DNA of 64,000 nt from Candidatus Kaiserbacteria bacterium (GTDB taxonomy: Bacteria > Patescibacteriota > Minisyncoccia > Phycocordibacterales > UBA2100). Positions 56,074 through 64,000 of the stretch are shown here, one piece after another; within the stretch, counting starts at the first letter, position 1; the number at the start of each line of letters is the position of its first letter. The DNA lies in NCBI GenBank assembly GCA_016217925.1, contig JACRFK010000003.1, positions 78,925 to 142,924 on the forward strand, read 5' to 3'. The notes beneath the pieces are model-generated. The model did no database searches, was not told where the DNA came from, and saw nothing but the letters and a program-made list of their open reading frames with translations. The position numbers were made by a program, and so were the translations under genes.

Positions 56074-56673
56074 ATGGATGCGATCGAACAATTAATTTCC
56101 CTCTTCGAACGCTTTCCTGGGATTGGACCTAGGCAGGCGCAGCGTTTTGTGCAATTTCTCCTCCGTAGCTCCCCTTCCGTCCGGCGTGAACTCGTGGACG
56201 CCGTGCAATCCCTGGGGGGTTCGGTGCGCCAATGCCCCCGGTGCATGCGTTTCTCGAGCAGCAGCGCGAAGCTTTGCAGCATGTGCTCGAATCCGCAGAG
56301 GGACCCGAAGCTGCTGGCTGTCGTCGCGTCCGACGCCGATATCGCAGCTCTCGAGCGTGGTGGCACCTACCGTGGATACTATTTCGTGCTTGGCGGCACC
56401 ATATCGCTCGCATCTGAAAAGACAAATGGCCTGCGTATCAAGCAACTCCTCGATTCGGTTCCGGCCAGAATAAAGGCCGGACTCACGGAAATTATTCTCG
56501 CCTTTCCCGCCAACCCCGAAGGCGACGCAACCGCTATCCAGGTACGCGAAAGACTTCAGCAAGGGTTCCCTTCACTGAAGATAACCTCACTCGGCCGTGG
56601 CCTCTCGACCGGCAGCGAACTGGAGTACGCCGACCCCGAAACAATAAAAAGCGCCCTCGAAAGCAGGCGATAG
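56074..56673 (+). CDS. recR: Recombination protein RecR
   Basis: HhH FPGIGPRQAQR, C4 zinc finger CPRCMRF...CSMC, and a Toprim domain. Confidence 0.9.
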   Translation: MDAIEQLISLFERFPGIGPRQAQRFVQFLLRSSPSVRRELVDAVQSLGGSVRQCPRCMRFSSSSAKLCSMCSNPQRDPKLLAVVASDADIAALERGGTYRGYYFVLGGTISLASEKTNGLRIKQLLDSVPARIKAGLTEIILAFPANPEGDATAIQVRERLQQGFPSLKITSLGRGLSTGSELEYADPETIKSALESRR

Positions 56674-56706
56674 GAAAAAGCACAGAGGTCGGTTCTCTGT
56701 GCTTTC
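56674..56706. terminator. Bidirectional terminator-like hairpin (repeat copy 2 of 2)
   Basis: GAAAAAGCACAGAGgtcggttCTCTGTGCTTTCT between the convergent recR and rplU genes. Identical to 7840-7876 except for one nt. Confidence 0.5.
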
Positions 56707-57023
56707 TAGGGTAGCGCGGTAATGCGCACTTTTGCGTACGGTTGGCGGTGGCCGCGCTTCTTGAAATAGCGGCTTTTCTGGCGGTAGCGGATTACGGTCA
56801 CTTTTGCCTCGCGGCCTTCCTCGACGAGCTCCGCCGAGACTTTGGCACCTTTCACATACGGCGCTCCCACTGTCGTCTCTTTGCCGTCGTCGGTCAAAAG
56901 CACTTTATCGAAGGTGATTTTGTCACCTGTCTTGTGTCCGTTGATTTTTTCAATATCCAAAACGCTGTCCTGTGTGACAACGTACTGCTTGCCGCCCGTC
57001 TCGATGATAGCTATCTTTGCCAT
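56706..57023 (-). CDS. rplU: 50S ribosomal protein L21
   Basis: MAKIAIIETGGKQYVVTQDSVLDIEK...YRQKSRYFKKRGHRQPYAKVRI. Confidence 0.85.
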   Translation of the reverse strand: MAKIAIIETGGKQYVVTQDSVLDIEKINGHKTGDKITFDKVLLTDDGKETTVGAPYVKGAKVSAELVEEGREAKVTVIRYRQKSRYFKKRGHRQPYAKVRITALP

Positions 57024-57045
57024 ATGAGGCGCCACTATACCCTGC

Positions 57046-58122
57046 TTAGGCCTCTTCCGCAAGGGTCGGCTTCTCCAAAAGCGGCGTTTCGAGCTCGGCT
57101 GACTCCCCGGTGATGCGAAGTACATCTTTGTCTATTTTGCCCAATTCCTTGGAGCCCGCGTTGAAATGGTTGACCGTGGTCGAGAGCGCGTTGCCGAGTT
57201 TTTTGTAGTAATCCTGATACGCATTGAGATGTCGGCCCAGTGCTTCGACGTTTTTGGCTATATCCTTGGCCGTTTCCTCTATCTTGAAGGCCTTGAAACC
57301 GTAAAGCACCGACTGAAGGTACGCGGCAAAGGTTGTAGGGCTAACGATGATGACTTTCTTTTCGTTGTACGCGTAATCAATAAGATTGCGGGTGTTCACC
57401 TTGACCGAGCCCACTTCGTTGATAAGTAGGTCGTAATAAATCGCTTCGGCGGGGATGTACATGAAAGCGAACGGCAGCGTGCCATCCTTGGGACGTACGT
57501 ATTTGGCCGTCTCGTCGATGCGCATTTTGAGGTCGTTCTTGAATTGCTTCTCGAGCTCGGCGCGTTGCGTGTCGTCTATCGCATCGACAAGCCGCTGGTA
57601 GTTGTCGAGCGAGAATTTGGCATCTATCGGTATCACCCCTTCTTTGGTCACGACGACAGCATCCACAGTCTCGCCGCCGGGAAATTCATACTGCATTTTG
57701 TACGAGCCGGGCGGGAGAATATTGGAGAGAATGAGTTCAAGAGAGGCTTCGCCGAGATTCCCCCGCTGTTTTTGGTGCTTGAGGACCTTTTCGAGATTCG
57801 CGAGCTGCTCCGCGATGGTCATGAAGCGGGTCGTTGATTCGTTGGTCTTCGTTTGTTCGATGCGCACCTCCGTGAGCTGTTTGGCCACAAGGTCGCGAAT
57901 GTCGGTCGCAAGCTTCTGGCTCTCCCCGAACTGCGCGCGCATATTTTCGAACATGCGGCTCGTCCCCTCTCCGAGCTTGAGCTCCAAACTCCGCTCCAAC
58001 TCTTGTATCCGCTGCTGCAACAGGACCATGCCTTGTGTTTCCTCAGGCGTTTTACGCGCCCATACGACGTACGCAAGAAGTGCGAAGATAGCGACGAGAA
58101 GGGCGATGGTGAGCCATTCCAT
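57046..58122 (-). CDS. rmuC: DNA recombination protein RmuC
   Basis: N-terminal TM helix, coiled coil, and the RmuC C-terminal core (IPIDAKFSLDNY...FAFMYIPAEAIYYD). Confidence 0.8.
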   Translation of the reverse strand: MEWLTIALLVAIFALLAYVVWARKTPEETQGMVLLQQRIQELERSLELKLGEGTSRMFENMRAQFGESQKLATDIRDLVAKQLTEVRIEQTKTNESTTRFMTIAEQLANLEKVLKHQKQRGNLGEASLELILSNILPPGSYKMQYEFPGGETVDAVVVTKEGVIPIDAKFSLDNYQRLVDAIDDTQRAELEKQFKNDLKMRIDETAKYVRPKDGTLPFAFMYIPAEAIYYDLLINEVGSVKVNTRNLIDYAYNEKKVIIVSPTTFAAYLQSVLYGFKAFKIEETAKDIAKNVEALGRHLNAYQDYYKKLGNALSTTVNHFNAGSKELGKIDKDVLRITGESAELETPLLEKPTLAEEA

Positions 58123-58163
58123 GTCGCGATTGTACCACGCGAGCTTCTTGCTATACTGGTCCG

Positions 58164-58634
58164 ATGTTAACCGCACAAATACGCACCGACATGGTTTCCG
58201 CGATGAAGGCCAAGGACGACCTGAAGCGCGATACGCTTCGCGGAGCACTTTCCGCGTTTACCAACGAGCTCGTCGCCAAGGGCCGCAAGCCGACAGAAGA
58301 GCTTTCTGACGCTGACGCGGTTACCGTGCTCAAACGCCTTGGTAAACAGCGCAAAGAGGCCGCGGAAGTCTACACAAAAGGCGGACGCGCCGAGCTTGCC
58401 GAGAAGGAGTTGAGCGAGCTGAAGATAATTGAATCCTACCTGCCGCAGATGGCGAGCCGTGAAGATATCGAGAAGGTCGCCCGAAAGAAAATGCAGGAGC
58501 TTGGTATTGAAGCGGGCTCGCCCGCCGAAGCCTTGGCGAAGGCGGGTAAACTCACGGGCGTCGTTATGAAAGAATTCGCTGGCACTGCCGACGGGAATCT
58601 GGTCAAGGAAGTTATCGCCTCTCTCTTCGCTTAG
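58164..58634 (+). CDS. GatB/YqeY domain protein
   Basis: Typical YqeY helical-repeat sequence ...KIIESYLPQMASREDIEKV. Confidence 0.75.
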   Translation: MLTAQIRTDMVSAMKAKDDLKRDTLRGALSAFTNELVAKGRKPTEELSDADAVTVLKRLGKQRKEAAEVYTKGGRAELAEKELSELKIIESYLPQMASREDIEKVARKKMQELGIEAGSPAEALAKAGKLTGVVMKEFAGTADGNLVKEVIASLFA

Positions 58635-59827
58635 CGCGGAGCAAGCACGGCCGCGGTCGACGCGACCGCGGCAAAGAGAAATATCACGATAAAAGCAACG
58701 GGCAGCGAGAACAATAATGCACATATAGACCCGATAGCGCATATGAATATCCTGCCGAGCGTGAGCGCCATTTCTTTGAGCGCGGTGTACTCGTCGACGT
58801 AGGAGCCTGCGTCTGCGGCCTGTTCGAACGTGAGTGGATCAAGTCCGATGCGGCGAGGTGTCGTCGTATAGAAATATGAATCTACTCCGATAACTCCGAG
58901 CGGGGTTCCGACGAGCATGCGAAATACCCACGGCGTGAAAGCGAGGACGACGTTCATAGGCATGGAATTGGGTGCATTCACTTTTCGTAAGCCTCTGCGA
59001 ACAAGCGGCCGTCCGAGTATCGCAATGACGAACGTGAGCGAGAGAATGAGCCCGAGCGTCTCATACGACCATCCGGTAATGGTAAATATCGCAAGAGGCC
59101 AGAAGAGCAAGAGCCCCGCTCCGGATATACCCTCGAGTACTGCACCCACAACAATGCCGCGATTTGCCGGTTCGACTAACTGTCCGAACGTTTCGCGATA
59201 CCCCCACGCGAAGCGCTCCTGGATGTCCCGCAGGTAGAAGATCGGGATCGCCGCAATAAGGATGAGTATCGCCCCCGCAAAAAGAAGCGAGATCGGTCCG
59301 AACGGCATAGCCGTGACGAACACTCCACCGACGAGCGGCGCGAGTGCGATACAAAACTCCGCAAAGCGAGTTCTACGACCGCCGCCGGTCGCCTCTACTT
59401 CGATCTCGTATGGTATCCAGTAGAGTGCGCGATATAATCCGAGCCCGCAGGAAAATACTACGAGCGCGGCGGGAATATACGCGCCACCCCAAAAGCCTTC
59501 GAATGCCGCGCCGAGGACTATGAACGACGAGGCCGCAACGACCGTTGCTACTATGAGCGTGCGGCGTGCGCCGGAGAGAAGCAGGCCCGCCGCGAAGGGC
59601 GTCACGAGGCACGTAACAGTCTGCGAGAGGGCGTACAAGAGAGCGGTGCGCACGAGCCCGTGCGCCACATCCGGTTCAATGAGAAAAAAATATTGAAAAA
59701 CAAATATCCAGGCGTATACATTCACCCCCGCAAATGCGAAACGAAAGAGAATGCGGTGTAATGAGAGCGCTCGTACGCTTTGCATGGGTGATGCGAGCGT
59801 TGGCTCTCGCAAAGAAAAGCTTCGCAT
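58631..59827 (-). CDS. Polytopic membrane protein (MFS-like transporter?)
   Basis: About 11-12 TM helices with no diagnostic motif. Confidence 0.45.
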   Translation of the reverse strand: MRSFSLREPTLASPMQSVRALSLHRILFRFAFAGVNVYAWIFVFQYFFLIEPDVAHGLVRTALLYALSQTVTCLVTPFAAGLLLSGARRTLIVATVVAASSFIVLGAAFEGFWGGAYIPAALVVFSCGLGLYRALYWIPYEIEVEATGGGRRTRFAEFCIALAPLVGGVFVTAMPFGPISLLFAGAILILIAAIPIFYLRDIQERFAWGYRETFGQLVEPANRGIVVGAVLEGISGAGLLLFWPLAIFTITGWSYETLGLILSLTFVIAILGRPLVRRGLRKVNAPNSMPMNVVLAFTPWVFRMLVGTPLGVIGVDSYFYTTTPRRIGLDPLTFEQAADAGSYVDEYTALKEMALTLGRIFICAIGSICALLFSLPVAFIVIFLFAAVASTAAVLAPR

Positions 59828-59828
59828 A

Positions 59829-60215
59829 TCAATTGTCGACCCTTTTGGGAAGTGAGTGCATGAGTGGTGTGAAAAGTGGCACGATAGCTACGAGCCCATA
59901 TCCGACCCAGAGACTCCAATCCGCATACAAAACCCATCCCGAGAAAGGGACGGCGTACACGGCATCGAGTACACCCATTGAGAGCGCCCAAAAAAGCGAG
60001 TACGGAAGAACGTCTATCCAAGAATGGAGACGAAGCGAACGACCGGCTATCGTCGTTACAAGTATCAAGATGCTCAGCCTGAAGATGAGCGAAGAAAGTC
60101 CGCCGGCGAGACCGTAGATAACGAGCCCCGACCAAGCAAGCGACATAACGGCATATATAACAATGCCCCATCCGATAAGCGGTATGAAATTTCTTCGCAT
60201 ACTCAGCATCATTAT
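59829..60215 (-). CDS. Hypothetical small membrane protein
   Basis: Start moved to MMLSM so the gene does not run through the RRM gene. Confidence 0.3.
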   Translation of the reverse strand: MMMLSMRRNFIPLIGWGIVIYAVMSLAWSGLVIYGLAGGLSSLIFRLSILILVTTIAGRSLRLHSWIDVLPYSLFWALSMGVLDAVYAVPFSGWVLYADWSLWVGYGLVAIVPLFTPLMHSLPKRVDN

Positions 60216-60270
60216 ACAGCGGCCCCCCGCAAATTGCGGGGGGCCGCTGTGCAAAAGCGAACAGTGAAAA

Positions 60271-60615
60271 CTACCAACTTCTGCCACCTCCATTGCCTCC
60301 CCGTGCGCCACCGTAGCCACCGCGGTCGTTACCGCCGCCGCTACGAAAATCGCGTCGAGGGCGGTCTTCCATTGGGCGCGCCTCATTTACCGTGAGCGAG
60401 CGTCCGCCGAAGTCCTTCCCGTTCCACGTTTCGATCGCCTTCTGTGCCTCCTCGTCGGAAGACATCTCGACGAATCCGAAACCTTTCGAACGGCCGCTCA
60501 TCTTATCCATGATGATGACAGCCGACTCGACGGTTCCGCATTGTGCGAAAGCATCCTTGAGCTCTGTATCGGACGTGCTGTAAGGGAGCCCGCCGACGTA
60601 TAGCTTCTTAGCCAT
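60271..60615 (-). CDS. Glycine-rich RRM RNA-binding protein
   Basis: RNP2 LYVGGL and RNP1 KGFGFVEM, plus a C-terminal RGG/GGY tail. Confidence 0.8.
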   Translation of the reverse strand: MAKKLYVGGLPYSTSDTELKDAFAQCGTVESAVIIMDKMSGRSKGFGFVEMSSDEEAQKAIETWNGKDFGGRSLTVNEARPMEDRPRRDFRSGGGNDRGGYGGARGGNGGGRSW

Positions 60616-61486
60616 GATTCTTTGTTATGCTTGCCCCGTAGCAAATACCTGAGAAGCAGCGGCCCCAGAGAAACATACTCTGTTTCGTCGCGGCCATGAG
60701 TTTATCGATAACTCTTTCTTTTCGTATTTTGCTACCGGGGTGTTCCTCTAAAATGATGTAAACCAACCTTTCCACTCAAATATACATAAGTTGTGGAAAA
60801 CTTACATTCACGGCAATAATGCGGCACCCCCCGAAATTGTCAAGCATTGCGGGAGGACAATGAAAACAGCACCAGATACGAGAAAGAATGTATCTGGTGC
60901 TGAAATAATACGAGAAATGAACAATAAAGAGCAGTAAAGGGCAAAAGAAAGAAACAATGAGGAAGAAGAACAAAAGAAGAGGAGAGAAATCACGGTGACC
61001 GTCGGTAATCCGAGTATTAAGTTAGCGGCGTGAATACAAGAATGTAGTCACGTTGAACCCGGATGTACCGACAGGATCTGCCGTCGACTCCCTGTAGAGG
61101 GAGGTTGTTCCGGAGCTAAAACTCGGGAACGTGGTTGTAGGTCGCCAAGCAGTGTCGACACAGTTGCCGGCAGCCGTTGAAGCCGTCGAAGTCGAGAGTG
61201 CCTCTCGTTACGTTGGTCGGTATTCCTTCCGACTCAGTCATGATTTTGAAGCATGTGGGGTAGAGGTGTACGCGGCCGCGTTTTACGGTCCATACATCAA
61301 TACTGAATCCGCATGCATCGGGCGGAGAAGAGAGAGTCGCAGACTGGCGCTGCATTGTTGGGCCTCATTTATTTGAGGTTGAGGGGATCTTTGGATTCCG
61401 ATGAACGAACAGTTGTATCTCTAATGTATCACAGTCTTTTCGACGGTCAACCGGCTGTGGATAAGTCCCATTAGAGAGCGGAGCCT

Positions 61487-63715
61487 CTAACGGGATACAT
61501 ACGAGGCGAGACCGCCGGGACGGGAATAGGCGTAGACATCCTTGATGCCGAGGTCTTGTGCGAGCAAAAGCACTACTTCAATGAGTTGATTCGAAACAGG
61601 TGCATTTTCGTCTATTACGATATTTTTTGGTTCAGGATATTTGAGAAGCATGTTGTATCCGAGCGAGCTTTTGTCTTCAGGCCGGCCATTCGGAATGAGC
61701 CCGACAAGCTCGGCTCCCCCGCCACCGCCCTTGGGCTTTTGGTGGAATTTGTACACGGGGTCGTTAGGCAGATATTTTTCCACCTCTGCAATACTTGGAA
61801 TGTCCGCGACGGTCGGAATGTCCTTCGCACGGTAATCCGCGCTGCAAATAGAAACACATACGAGCGCTTTGCCGTTTCGGTCTGCAACTTCCGGCGAAAG
61901 CATTTCCGTATATGTCTTCTTTAGAATCTCCGCTGCTGAGAGATTGGTGCGGACGAGTGCGATTTGCCCTGCGAGCGAATCGTCTAGTTTTATCGCGAGC
62001 ACTGTAAGTATCCGGGGAATTTGCTTTTCGTAGGTCGAACGGTCCGCCGTGAGCGGCGCCCAACAGTTGTTGTGAAGCTCAAACGAAGCCGACATCCAAC
62101 GCGAGTCCCGATGCAAGACGCTGAAGCGAAGCTTCGAGGTTTTGAGGAGGCCGTATATTGATTCGAAGCGCTCATACGGCAGCTGACTCTTGAGGACGCT
62201 CCGCTGCACCTTGCCCGTTGAGGTCATCGGGAGCAGGCCGCCTGCGAGCGAGGTGATGTATTTCGGCGTCTCGTATGCGCTTAGGTACGGCGTCCCGAGC
62301 AGGAAGGCGCTTTTCAAGCGGCGTTTTGCACCGTCTTCATCTATTTTCTCCTTCCACGAAATCACGGCACCCGCCTCCTCGCCGTAGCGCTCGTCAGGAA
62401 CGGAAACGACGTGTACCTGGTCGATGTCGGATGAAATTTTCTTCAAGGCATTTTCAACCGCAACGGGCGAAACATTGACCCCTCCTTTGATGATGATTTC
62501 CTTCTTGCGGCCCTTGAGGTAATAAAATTTCCTGCCTTCAATCTCGGTGTAGTAGCCGATATCGCCTGTGAGGAAGTAGCCGTCGCGAAAGGCGGGCTCG
62601 CGGCCGAGGTATCCCTCCATGATGGCCGGACCTTTGACGACGAGTTCGCCCTCCCCCCCTTCTTTCAAAAATTTTCCTTCGTCGTCGGATATCTGCAGGT
62701 CGGCCCACGGCATCGGAGAGCCGATGGAGTTTTCTTCAACAAGTTTCTCGTACAACTCCTCTGAGGTGTCCATGGGGACCCCCGTGACACGCAACGCCGT
62801 TTCCGTTTGTCCGTAGCCTTGGTAGACGGCGATGCCGAATTTTTTTCTGAATTCCTGTACGGTGTGCGTGACGACGGGCGCCGAACCTATCTGAATGCGG
62901 TCTAGTTTTATCTGACTCTTGACTGCCTGAAATTCTTTTTCGCGGCTGACCTGATCAAAAAGGATCGATTGAACGATGGACGTAACGGTCGCACCTGTCT
63001 TTGCCATTTGTTGCCAGAAATTGGAATTGGAATAATTGGGCGGAATGGCGATAGTGCCTCCCGCGAGCAGTGTGGAGAGGCAGAAGGTGGTCGAATTGAT
63101 GTGGTGCAATGGCAAATTCACGAGGAACGTATCCTCCGACGTAATGCGTAACCACTCACGAATGCCGTCGGCGTTTACAAGCAAATTTTCAAGCGAAAGC
63201 ATCGCGCCCTTCGGGTGCCCCGTCGTACCGGAGGTAAAGAGCACGAGCGCCTGATGTGCAAGCCCGTTCTCCCACACAACTGCCGCATCACTCGCAGGGC
63301 CGAATTCCGTATGCACTTTAATGCGCACACCGGGCAGCTTCACCGCCTGAATGCCGCGCTCCAATATGAGCACTTTCGCTTTGTTGAGGTTTATCTTGTA
63401 TTCATAGAGCTCAGGCGTATCCCGCTTGGTGTCCATCGGGACGGTAACAATGCCCGATGCCCACGCGGCCCAGCTCCATATAAGGAGAGCGGGTGAATTG
63501 CGGAACGCCAGAGCGATGCGATCGCCCTTCTGAAGCCCTAAACCTTTCAGCTCCGCAGCCGCCGATTCGAGCAAACGGCTCAATTCCTGGTATGTGAGCC
63601 GTTCGGTGACGCTTCCCTTTTCATCGGTGCCGACAAGCGCCGCTTTTTCCGGATGTTTTTCTGCAAGCGCAACGATGTGCTCATGCAGACTTTTCGGGAG
63701 ACTGACGGTATCCAT
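61487..63715 (-). CDS. ANL-superfamily adenylate-forming enzyme (acyl-CoA synthetase-like) fused to about 250-aa C-terminal domain of unknown function
   Basis: LFTSGTTGHPKGAML (A3), YGQTE (A5), TGDIGY (A7) and KGG motifs in the first ~480 aa. The C-terminal extension is unassigned. Start set at MDTVSLPK to avoid the tRNA. Confidence 0.7.
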   Translation of the reverse strand: MDTVSLPKSLHEHIVALAEKHPEKAALVGTDEKGSVTERLTYQELSRLLESAAAELKGLGLQKGDRIALAFRNSPALLIWSWAAWASGIVTVPMDTKRDTPELYEYKINLNKAKVLILERGIQAVKLPGVRIKVHTEFGPASDAAVVWENGLAHQALVLFTSGTTGHPKGAMLSLENLLVNADGIREWLRITSEDTFLVNLPLHHINSTTFCLSTLLAGGTIAIPPNYSNSNFWQQMAKTGATVTSIVQSILFDQVSREKEFQAVKSQIKLDRIQIGSAPVVTHTVQEFRKKFGIAVYQGYGQTETALRVTGVPMDTSEELYEKLVEENSIGSPMPWADLQISDDEGKFLKEGGEGELVVKGPAIMEGYLGREPAFRDGYFLTGDIGYYTEIEGRKFYYLKGRKKEIIIKGGVNVSPVAVENALKKISSDIDQVHVVSVPDERYGEEAGAVISWKEKIDEDGAKRRLKSAFLLGTPYLSAYETPKYITSLAGGLLPMTSTGKVQRSVLKSQLPYERFESIYGLLKTSKLRFSVLHRDSRWMSASFELHNNCWAPLTADRSTYEKQIPRILTVLAIKLDDSLAGQIALVRTNLSAAEILKKTYTEMLSPEVADRNGKALVCVSICSADYRAKDIPTVADIPSIAEVEKYLPNDPVYKFHQKPKGGGGGAELVGLIPNGRPEDKSSLGYNMLLKYPEPKNIVIDENAPVSNQLIEVVLLLAQDLGIKDVYAYSRPGGLASYVSR

Positions 63716-63718
63716 ATG

Positions 63719-63790
63719 TGGACCAGCGGGGGATCGAACCCCGGACCTCCTCATTGCAAATGAGGCATTCTACCACTGAACTACTGGCCC
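63719..63790 (-). tRNA. tRNA-Ala (anticodon UGC)
   Basis: Reverse complement GGGCCAGTAGTTCAGTGGTAGAATGCCTCATTTGCAATGAGGAGGTCCGGGGTTCGATCCCCCGCTGGTCCA. It has the G3:U70 Ala identity pair, T-loop GTTCGATCC and a 7-nt anticodon loop TTTGCAA. Confidence 0.85.
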
Positions 63791-63896
63791 CTATACTTCA
63801 CTACAGACCAACTGAATCCCGACGTTTCAGTCGGGACCCCGACCGCTTTGCGCGTCGGGGCTACTGGCCCGAACTTCAAAAATCTAACACGCCGCT

Positions 63897-64000
63897 AGCG
63901 CATCGCCAACTTGATGGCATGTTCGAGAAATTCCGGCACGGATGAGCCGACGCTCTCGAGCATCGGTTGGAATGAGGCTCCAGGGTAGAGCCCCGGTATC
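63897..64000 (-). CDS. 3' end of a gene continuing beyond the window (unknown product)
   Basis: Open frame ending ...MLESVGSSVPEFLEHAIKLAMR*. It is followed on the same strand by two tandem CCCGAC/GTCGGG hairpins at 63815-63870. Confidence 0.3.

Noticed and set aside
1-64000. CRISPR array, rRNA genes, integrase or transposase.
   Set aside because: I found no array of regularly spaced direct repeats, no rRNA-like conserved stretches, and no ORF with recombinase or transposase motifs. The only mobile-like signals are the repeat-flanked ung cassette and the short palindromic elements.

Overview
This 64-kb window is a chromosomal segment of a roughly 57 % GC bacterium. The gene content is housekeeping and resembles a small-genome uncultivated lineage (possibly Patescibacteria/CPR-like): alaS is short at 658 aa, aspS lacks the GAD insertion, and rplU and rpmA are not adjacent. 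Almost all genes sit on the minus strand in long co-directional runs. I could not find a CRISPR array, an rRNA gene, an integrase or a transposase. The sections below cover what I identified and then the four observations I think matter most.

**Core housekeeping genes**
- Left edge: rplI (5' partial) and rpmA, then three small genes (an Ada-like Zn-domain membrane protein, a DnaQ-like exonuclease and a NUDIX hydrolase).
- 4.0-14.9 kb: M23 peptidase, gltX, murG, ftsW, mraY, a D,D-carboxypeptidase, scpB, scpA, aspS, trpS.
- 26.4-34.5 kb: grpE-dnaK-dnaJ, then rpsI-rplM and infA-rpmJ-rpsM-rpsK-rpsD-rpoA-rplQ.
- 38-64 kb: alaS, an M16 peptidase, ung, mnmA, mltG, dnaB, recR, rplU, rmuC, yqeY, an RRM protein, a large ANL adenylating-enzyme fusion, and tRNA-Ala(UGC).

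**Accessory content**
- 15-23 kb: a pepM-ppd phosphonate pair with a GSP-synthetase-like ATP-grasp ligase, a HAD phosphatase, a sensor kinase, a TauE/SafE exporter and a P-loop protein.
- Polyamine genes scattered across the window: a DHS-like enzyme, AdoMetDC, and a bacterial homospermidine synthase.
- A two-gene cassette (retropepsin-like protease plus a 67-aa protein) at the 3' end of ung.

**Most notable observations**
1. A 30-bp GGATCC-centred double-hairpin element is inserted in-frame in alaS (twice), dnaK and rplQ, with related copies in dnaJ. Every copy encodes an S-x-x-G-G-S-x-S-G-G decapeptide whichever way it is oriented.
2. A candidate phosphonate biosynthesis locus, unexpected in this kind of genome.
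3. The ung cassette is bracketed by roughly 57-bp direct repeats made from ung's own 3' coding end, which looks like a site-specific insertion.
4. Several repeated hairpin and AT-rich intergenic elements.
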